The translations under genes and the position numbers were made by a program. Below the pieces are notes generated by a model that was given only the letters and a program-made list of their open reading frames with translations, ran no database searches and had not been told where the DNA came from. Positions 57,982 to 64,000 of a stretch of 64,000 bases of DNA are shown piece after piece (position 1 is the first letter of the stretch; every line of letters starts with the position of its first letter). Source of the DNA: Gemmatimonadales bacterium (GTDB lineage: Bacteria > Gemmatimonadota > Gemmatimonadetes > Gemmatimonadales > GWC2-71-9); contig JANRJE010000006.1 in NCBI GenBank assembly GCA_033764135.1, forward strand, positions 54,675-118,674. Reading direction: 5' to 3'.

Positions 57982-59001
57982 TCACCGCCCCAACACCCGC
58001 ACCACCACGTCCGGGAAGTCGGAAAAAATCCCGTCCACTCCTGCTGCCAGGAACCCCCGCAACTCGGCCTCGAAGTCTCCGGCAAAGCGCTCGCCAATGA
58101 ACTCCGGTTCGGCCCGGAGCGTCCAGACATGCACCTTGAGCGACGCCGCGTGCGCGTCCCTCACCAGCGAAGTCTCCCCCCCCCCAGGAGGAAGCACCAG
58201 CCCCTTCTCCACCCCGATGCCGTACGCGTACTCCGCCACCTGCCGCAATCCGGCAGGCGAGAGCATTTCGGCATAGGTGGGAACGGCACCGCCCGGCTCG
58301 TGATCGGCCGGCGCCCCGCTGGCGGCGAGCTGAATCAGCCGCACCGACGTCCGGGTCGCGAGTTCCCGCAAATTGCCAACCTCGAACGACTGGATCAGTA
58401 CCGGTGCCTCACGACTGTCCAGGCCAGCAGCGCCGAGTGCGGCGAGCAACGGCTCTTCCAGCGGCAGACCGATGCTCCGGAAATAGCCGGGATGCTTGGT
58501 TTCGGGGTAGACGCCGACCGCACGCCCCCGCGCCCTCCCCAGCGAATCGGCGAGCGCGAGCACTTCGGCAAAACTGGGAATCAGATAATGGCCGTCATGT
58601 GCATGCGAGCGGATCTCCAATCGCTCCCGGGCACGCAGCGTCCGCAACTCATCGAAGGTGAAGTCCTCCGTGAACCATCCTGTGATGGTGTCGCCGTCGA
58701 TGATCCTGGTCGCCCGGCGATCGGGAAAGCGCTCGGCCACATCGGTGGTCCCTCCGATCTCGTTCTCGTGCCGAGCGACCAGAACGCCGTCGCTGGTGCT
58801 CACCAGGTCGGGCTCGATGTAGTCCGCTCCCATCTCGACCGCGAGGGTGTAGCTCTCCAGGGTGTGTTCCGGGCGATACCCCGAGGCACCGCGGTGGGCG
58901 ATGATCAGGGGCTCCAGGTCGGCAGTGGTGGTCATCACAATCGGTTCCGGGGTGCGGGAATCGGACGGAGCACAGGCAAAGAGTGCCGGGACAAGCAGCA
59001 T
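57982..59001 (-). CDS. glpQ: Glycerophosphodiester phosphodiesterase, lipoprotein
   Basis: 'IIAHRGASGYRPEHTLESY...GADYIEPDLV'. Lipobox 'LFACA'. Confidence 0.85.
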   Translation of the reverse strand: MLLVPALFACAPSDSRTPEPIVMTTTADLEPLIIAHRGASGYRPEHTLESYTLAVEMGADYIEPDLVSTSDGVLVARHENEIGGTTDVAERFPDRRATRIIDGDTITGWFTEDFTFDELRTLRARERLEIRSHAHDGHYLIPSFAEVLALADSLGRARGRAVGVYPETKHPGYFRSIGLPLEEPLLAALGAAGLDSREAPVLIQSFEVGNLRELATRTSVRLIQLAASGAPADHEPGGAVPTYAEMLSPAGLRQVAEYAYGIGVEKGLVLPPGGGETSLVRDAHAASLKVHVWTLRAEPEFIGERFAGDFEAELRGFLAAGVDGIFSDFPDVVVRVLGR

Positions 59002-59213
59002 GAAAATGGGACGTGACTTGGCGATCTGACAACCAGAACTCAAGAGATACCCCACGACTGATCGGTGAAGGTGGATCGGCATCAAAGCAAGGTCAATCGC
59101 TGCCCACGTTGCCGACGCGGTACGTTTAATGGTGCAAAGGTGGCCCGGTCATTCGTTCCCATCAATGCGCCGCCGATACTCTTGCGGCACTACACTCACC
59201 AAGGATCACCACC

Positions 59214-59597
59214 ATGCCGCGCAGCTTGCCATCGTTCATCGGATGCAGTGCCCTACTCGCGCTCGCGCTGCCCCTTTCTGCGCAGAGCACGGCCCCGGTC
59301 GAGGCCTCAGGAATCGCGACTGTCGCCCCGGCTCCGGCAGCCGCAAACCGGTTCGCCGTGACTCCCACTGCGGCCCTGCTCTCCGCCCCGATCGAGGTGG
59401 CGCCGGAGCAATCGGCCTCCCGTTCGATCGAGTCGATCGGCAAGGCGATGATGGTCCGCCGGTCACGGACGGAAAGTACCACCCTGATGATCGTCGGTGG
59501 CGCCGGGATACTGACCGGCATCCTGATCGATGAGGGGCTGATCTCCTTCGCCGGTGCGGCGGTCGGCCTCTACGGATTGTACCTCCACCTGCGCTGA
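59214..59597 (+). CDS. Hypothetical secreted protein with C-terminal TM segments
   Basis: Signal 'ALLALALPLSAQS'. C-terminal 'LMIVGGAGILTGILI'. Confidence 0.4.
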   Translation: MPRSLPSFIGCSALLALALPLSAQSTAPVEASGIATVAPAPAAANRFAVTPTAALLSAPIEVAPEQSASRSIESIGKAMMVRRSRTESTTLMIVGGAGILTGILIDEGLISFAGAAVGLYGLYLHLR

Positions 59598-59702
59598 CTC
59601 CCGGCAGCGACCCTCGACCGGGGGCTGGTGCTGGCATCCGGCGGGGATCTTGGATACCCTTGAGGGCGGCGTGCTCCCACGTCGCCTTCAAGGAGTCGGA
59701 CG

Positions 59703-60431
59703 ATGCTGACAGAGAAGTTGCGCAGTGCAGGGTGGGTCCCGCTGGCCATTGCCGGATTGGGGGTGTTCCTCCTCCTGATTTCCGGCACCGGCAGCAAGCT
59801 CGGGGTGTGGAGTTTCTCGACCGGATTCACCCTGCTGCGATACGCCGCATACGTAGGCGTCGCGGCACTGACCACCGCCATCCTGTTCTATCTGATCCTG
59901 CGTCCCGCGGGCAACACCCGCTGGATGCTGCTGGCGGCCCTCGTGCTCGGCGTGATGACCTTCACGATGCCATGGCAGCAGCGGCGCCTGGCTCGGAGCG
60001 TCCCGCCCATTCACGACATCACCACCGACCTCGGCGATCCGCCGGCCTTCGAGGCGATACTCCCGCTCAGGGCCGATGCTCCCAACCCGGCCGAGTATGG
60101 CGGCGAGGAGATCGCGGCGCAGCAGCGTGCGGCGTATCCTGACATTGTCCCGCTCCGTCTCGAGGGTCCGACTGCCGCCGCCTTCACGCGCGCCTTGGAA
60201 GCCGCTCGCGAGATGGGTTGGGAGATCATCGCTGCCGATTCCGCTCGGGGCCGCATCGAGGCGGTGGCCACCACCCGCTGGTTCGGTTTCATCGATGACG
60301 TGGTGGTGCGAATCAGCGAGGACGGTTCCCGCTCCCGCATCGACGTGCGCTCGGTCTCGCGCGTTGGACGCAGCGATGTCGGTGCCAATGCCCGGCGGAT
60401 CCGCGCCTACCTCGACCGGCTCGAGCCGTAA
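59703..60431 (+). CDS. DUF1499-domain membrane protein
   Basis: 'RIEAVATTRWFGFIDDVVVRI...IDVRSVSRVGRSDVGANARRIRAYL'. Confidence 0.65.
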   Translation: MLTEKLRSAGWVPLAIAGLGVFLLLISGTGSKLGVWSFSTGFTLLRYAAYVGVAALTTAILFYLILRPAGNTRWMLLAALVLGVMTFTMPWQQRRLARSVPPIHDITTDLGDPPAFEAILPLRADAPNPAEYGGEEIAAQQRAAYPDIVPLRLEGPTAAAFTRALEAAREMGWEIIAADSARGRIEAVATTRWFGFIDDVVVRISEDGSRSRIDVRSVSRVGRSDVGANARRIRAYLDRLEP

Positions 60432-60436
60432 CCGCT

Positions 60437-60859
60437 GTGCCGTCTCTGCCTCAGGGTGAACAGCCTCGGGTTGGCGTCGGCGTGTTGGTGATTCGTGACG
60501 GCCGGGTGCTGCTGGGCGAGCGGCGCGGCGCGCACGGTGCCGGGAGTTGGGCGCTGCCTGGCGGGCACTTGGAGTTCGGCGAAACGGTTGAGGGGTGTGC
60601 CGCGCGTGAGCTGCGGGAGGAAACCGGCATGACGTTGGGGGGGTGGCACCGGGGACCGTGGACCAGCGACATCTTTCCGGACGAGGGGCGTCACTACGTG
60701 ACGCTGTTCGTGATTGCCCGCGGGACCAGCGGCGAGCCGGTGGTGCTGGAGCCGGAGAAGTGTACGGAGTGGCGCTGGTGCGACTGGGAAGATTTACCGG
60801 TGCCGCTCTTTCCGCCACTGGCATCGCTCAAGCGTTCGGGGTTCGTGCCGGAAGGGTGA
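60437..60859 (+). CDS. NUDIX hydrolase
   Basis: Nudix box 'GGHLEFGETVEGCAARELREETG'. GTG start. Confidence 0.85.
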   Translation: MPSLPQGEQPRVGVGVLVIRDGRVLLGERRGAHGAGSWALPGGHLEFGETVEGCAARELREETGMTLGGWHRGPWTSDIFPDEGRHYVTLFVIARGTSGEPVVLEPEKCTEWRWCDWEDLPVPLFPPLASLKRSGFVPEG

Positions 60860-60962
60860 ATGGGCACTTGGGGCGGCCAGAATACCGAGCTGGATCTCTG
60901 CTTCGTTATCGGCTGATTGCGCCGGGAAGGCATGCAAGTGCCGCAGCCAAGCGAATTGAGTC

Positions 60963-61832
60963 GTGCCTTCCCCAAACCGGAGTCCTGCCGTGATCGAATC
61001 GCTGCCCAGATCGCTTCCCGATGCGCACCGGAGGTTCCTGACATCGTCGGTCGCCACCCTCGAGCGTGATGCCCGTATTGTCGGGGTTGCCGCTGGAGGG
61101 TCCTTTCTCACCGATTCGATGGACGAGTTCAGCGACCTCGATCTCGTGATTGCGACCGAACCGCTCGAACACTCCCGGATCATGGCCGATCGTCCCGGGA
61201 TAGCCGCATCGCTCGGTGTCCTGCTCGCGGCGTTCACCGGGGAGCATGTCGGTGAACCGCGCCTGCTCATCTGCCTGTATGAGGGTACCCCACCGCTGCA
61301 TGTCGACCTCAAGTTCGTGGCGCTTCCTGACCTGATATCGCGAGTTGAGGACCCTGCCGTGCTGTGGGAGCGCGACGGACGCCTGACGGAAGCGCTCAGT
61401 GGCTCGAGCGCTTTATATCCGATTCCCTGCCGCCAGTGGATCGAGGATCGGTTCTGGGTGTGGGTGCACTACGCGGCAAGCAAACTCGGGCGTGGTGAGA
61501 ACTTCGAGGTGCTCGACTTTCTCTCTTTTCTGCGGACCACGGTTCTCGGACCGCTCGCCCTTGTGGGTGCGGGTGTCCGGCCGGCGGGCGTTCGCAGACT
61601 GGAACGATTGGCGCCGGCGCATCTTTCTCGCCTGCAAGCCACCGTGGCGATACACGACGCCGGTGACTGCCGACGAGCTCTGCTCGCCTGCATCGACCTG
61701 TACCGCGTGCTGCGCTCCGAGGGTGCCCCGATCAACCGTCGCGAAGCCGCGGAGGCAGCGGCCATGAACTACCTGCTGACCTCCCACCAGGCCAGCGGCC
61801 GGAAGCAGGACGCCCCGGGACCGGCGAGGTAA
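60963..61832 (+). CDS. Nucleotidyltransferase (Pol-beta superfamily) domain protein
   Basis: 'GVAAGGSFLTDSMDEFSDLDLVIA' (GS...DxD). Start uncertain. Confidence 0.5.
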   Translation: MPSPNRSPAVIESLPRSLPDAHRRFLTSSVATLERDARIVGVAAGGSFLTDSMDEFSDLDLVIATEPLEHSRIMADRPGIAASLGVLLAAFTGEHVGEPRLLICLYEGTPPLHVDLKFVALPDLISRVEDPAVLWERDGRLTEALSGSSALYPIPCRQWIEDRFWVWVHYAASKLGRGENFEVLDFLSFLRTTVLGPLALVGAGVRPAGVRRLERLAPAHLSRLQATVAIHDAGDCRRALLACIDLYRVLRSEGAPINRREAAEAAAMNYLLTSHQASGRKQDAPGPAR

Positions 61833-61890
61833 CCGGATCCGGGGCGTCTTGTTTGCACGGCGGGTCATCCCGTGCGGTGAGCCGCCAACC

Positions 61891-64000
61891 CTAGAAGATG
61901 TACCGCAGCCCTACCTGCGCCTGGCGGGGCTCGCCCAACCCGCTCCGCACGGTGCCGTCAAAGTTGAGGAACAGACCCTGGGATGACGGATCCTTGAAGT
62001 TGTCGGCATTGGTGATGTTGAACACCTCGAACACCGCCTCGACCATGCCGCCGGCTGTGCGGAACGGGCGTGACACGCGGATGTCCCACGCAAACTGCGC
62101 GTTGTCCTTGCGCAGTGTGTTGCGCTTCAGGATGCTCCCGTCGGTGCAGATGCGATCCTGGGGCACGGTGGCCCGCTCGCCGCTGGGCTGGTTGTTCAGG
62201 CACTTCTCGGATGTTGGCTGGGCGGACGACAGCGACATCCGGTTGTTCAGGAAGATGTCGCCGGGGACCCGGGCCAGCAGCCAGGCATTGAGCCGGTGCC
62301 GTTGGTCGCGGTCGCTCCAGTTGTATTCCGGCTTCAGGTTGTCGGCCCGGGCGTACCGGAAGCTGAAGGGATCCCGTTCGTTGTCATCGTCCGACTTGTC
62401 GAAGGACACGGTGTAATTCACCTGGAACTGGAAGTCGCGGTTGCGCATCTGCTTCACTCCCGCGGTGATTCCGTTGTAGCGTGACCGGGCACTGCTCTCG
62501 ACCACGGTGAGCACCCCGACACCGTTGCCGCCCGGCAGGCCTGTGGCCCATGGCGAACCGAACACCGGATCGTTGCGATCGATGAATCGGGTCAGATTGT
62601 CGGTCCGGGCATGGGTGTAGCTCAGACTCGCAGCCACGCCACCCCCCACCTCCTTCTCGTACGCCACGGTCGCACTGAATGTGCGGGGATTCTCGAAGTC
62701 CTCGTCGAACACGAAGACCCCCGGTTGAAACGGTGCCCCGGTCGGCGTTGGCAGCAGCTCTCCGAAGTTGGGCGGCGCGCCGAGGATCCCGGTCAAGGCA
62801 CTGTTCCGGAAGATCGTCTGCCCGATCGATCCATTGGTGCTTCTGGTGCTGGCCAGGTTGAGCCCGGGCGTCCGCGCGTAGTAGAGTCCTGCGCTGGCCC
62901 GGAGCACCTGACGGGAATCGCCGTTGATGTCCCAGGCAACGCCCAACCGGGGCTGAAGCATCGAGTAGTCCGACGGAATGTCGCCATCGGAGGGGAAGGC
63001 AAAGGTGCCCTGCTGATTGGTGACCGACTGGCCGATGAAGGGCGCAAAGAAGACGTCCTCCGCCGGGGTGATCGGATCGGGCTGGATCTGGGCCTCCCAG
63101 CGCACTCCATAGTCGATGGTCAGATTCGGGCGCGGATTCCAGCTGTCCTGCAGGAAGAAGGCAAGTTCGTTCTGGGTGATCGACTGGGTGCCGGCTTGCT
63201 CAACCGTCAGGCCCCCGACCCCCGCCTGCTGCAGATAGAGCACCACCGGTCCGGTAATCTCCGTCCCGACCGGGCACGATCCCGTCGTCGACGAGGATCC
63301 ATCGGAGCACTCGACATATCCGTTGCCCTGGCGCACGAAGTTCAGGAACCCGTCCACCGAACTGAAGGCCATCCGTCCGTTGCCGAAGCCGACGAATGTC
63401 TGCTTGACATTGGTCCGGTTCCATTCCGCGCCGAACTTGAAAAGGTGGTTCCCCTCGACCACGGAAATATTGTTCAGGACTTGAAACCGGGTGTCATGGG
63501 CCTGTACCGGAAGGAAGAACGGCATCCCGATCCGGAATCCGGTGAAGGAAATATCGGTGTCGGGAAAGGGCCGACCGGTGTTCGGATTCACCGGGCCATC
63601 ATATGGACGAGGACGCTCCTCCCGGGCCCACTGGAAACGGAACTCGTTGAAGACAGTCGAGGAGAGCATCGAATTGAGGCTGCCGTTGACGGCGTGAGAA
63701 AAATCCCGCTCGAGTCCGTTGGCGCTGCGACCCCAGATATCGACGTCGAACGTGCCGTTTTCCTGGCGGGAGTTGGTGTAGTTGTATTTCAGACTCGCGG
63801 TGTTCCTGTCGTTGAGCCGGACGTCCACCTTGGTCATCAGCGCGTTCGCATCGTTGGTGCGCTTGATCGGTCCGAAGTCTCCCTGCAGGGCTCCGCCAAA
63901 GGCCGTGTCGGTGAAGGCCCGGAGCGCGGGATCGATCAGGGAGAGGCGGTCCTGCTGCTTGGTGGAGTTGAATTCCTGCTGGTCGTAGGCGACGAAGAAG
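61891..64000 (-). CDS. TonB-dependent receptor, C-terminal about 700 aa; 5' end lies outside the window
   Basis: Terminal '...QVGLRYIF'. Beta-barrel repeat character. The frame stays open upstream of the first Met through nt 64000. Confidence 0.8.
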   Translation of the reverse strand, partial: FFVAYDQQEFNSTKQQDRLSLIDPALRAFTDTAFGGALQGDFGPIKRTNDANALMTKVDVRLNDRNTASLKYNYTNSRQENGTFDVDIWGRSANGLERDFSHAVNGSLNSMLSSTVFNEFRFQWAREERPRPYDGPVNPNTGRPFPDTDISFTGFRIGMPFFLPVQAHDTRFQVLNNISVVEGNHLFKFGAEWNRTNVKQTFVGFGNGRMAFSSVDGFLNFVRQGNGYVECSDGSSSTTGSCPVGTEITGPVVLYLQQAGVGGLTVEQAGTQSITQNELAFFLQDSWNPRPNLTIDYGVRWEAQIQPDPITPAEDVFFAPFIGQSVTNQQGTFAFPSDGDIPSDYSMLQPRLGVAWDINGDSRQVLRASAGLYYARTPGLNLASTRSTNGSIGQTIFRNSALTGILGAPPNFGELLPTPTGAPFQPGVFVFDEDFENPRTFSATVAYEKEVGGGVAASLSYTHARTDNLTRFIDRNDPVFGSPWATGLPGGNGVGVLTVVESSARSRYNGITAGVKQMRNRDFQFQVNYTVSFDKSDDDNERDPFSFRYARADNLKPEYNWSDRDQRHRLNAWLLARVPGDIFLNNRMSLSSAQPTSEKCLNNQPSGERATVPQDRICTDGSILKRNTLRKDNAQFAWDIRVSRPFRTAGGMVEAVFEVFNITNADNFKDPSSQGLFLNFDGTVRSGLGEPRQAQVGLRYIF

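Overview
High-GC (about 65-70% by eye) Gram-negative chromosomal segment. The gene content (tal-pgi fusion, TonB-dependent receptor, AsmA, Omp85-type proteins) is reminiscent of Gemmatimonadota-like genomes, but that is a low-confidence guess. No rRNA, tRNA or CRISPR array was seen. Layout: (1) 0-21 kb holds mixed housekeeping and accessory genes. These include the M1 peptidase 3' end, a 2.9 kb insert bracketed by 44-bp direct repeats that encodes a C39-peptidase/TPR/Omp85 fusion, AraC, an esterase, a PNPOx/PDR-reductase/ureohydrolase operon, TetR plus a DsrE-like gene with paired operators, an HTTM operon, FkbM, AsmA and others. (2) 22-34.5 kb is a carbohydrate block: glycogen debranching enzyme, a GH63-like hydrolase, NAD(P)HX epimerase, tal-pgi fusion, gnd, zwf, ROK kinase and pgl. 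(3) 34.7-37.4 kb is a minimal mercury resistance unit (merR, Tn21-like O/P, merF, short merA) plus a DinB-family gene. (4) about 37.4-47.6 kb is a visibly lower-GC (about 50-57%) accessory island. It begins at a G-run tract and ends at a tyrosine-recombinase relic. It carries a Clp-fold SDH-type serine protease with a small partner, broken coding remnants, a lipoprotein, an Rx4H (HEPN-like) protein, a zinc-ribbon/DUF4145 protein with two chained mini-ORFs, a membrane double-zinc-ribbon protein, a complete PvuII-type C-R-M restriction-modification cassette, YdeI, a decayed DUF6883/DUF4926 pair and a GNAT. (5) 47.6-64 kb holds DUF3224, VOC, a PIN(amber)/RHH TA pair, ArsR-SRPBCC, katG, a PAP2/NPP/GT4/GlpQ lipid-phosphate cluster, DUF1499, NUDIX, a nucleotidyltransferase and a partial TonB-dependent receptor. 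The best candidates for an undescribed system are the uncharacterised modules flanking the PvuII-like R-M system: the HEPN-signature pair at 40.5-42.4 kb and the protease pair at 37.6-38.7 kb. All family calls come from motif recognition by eye and from memory, so HMM or structure searches are needed. Start codons are best guesses.
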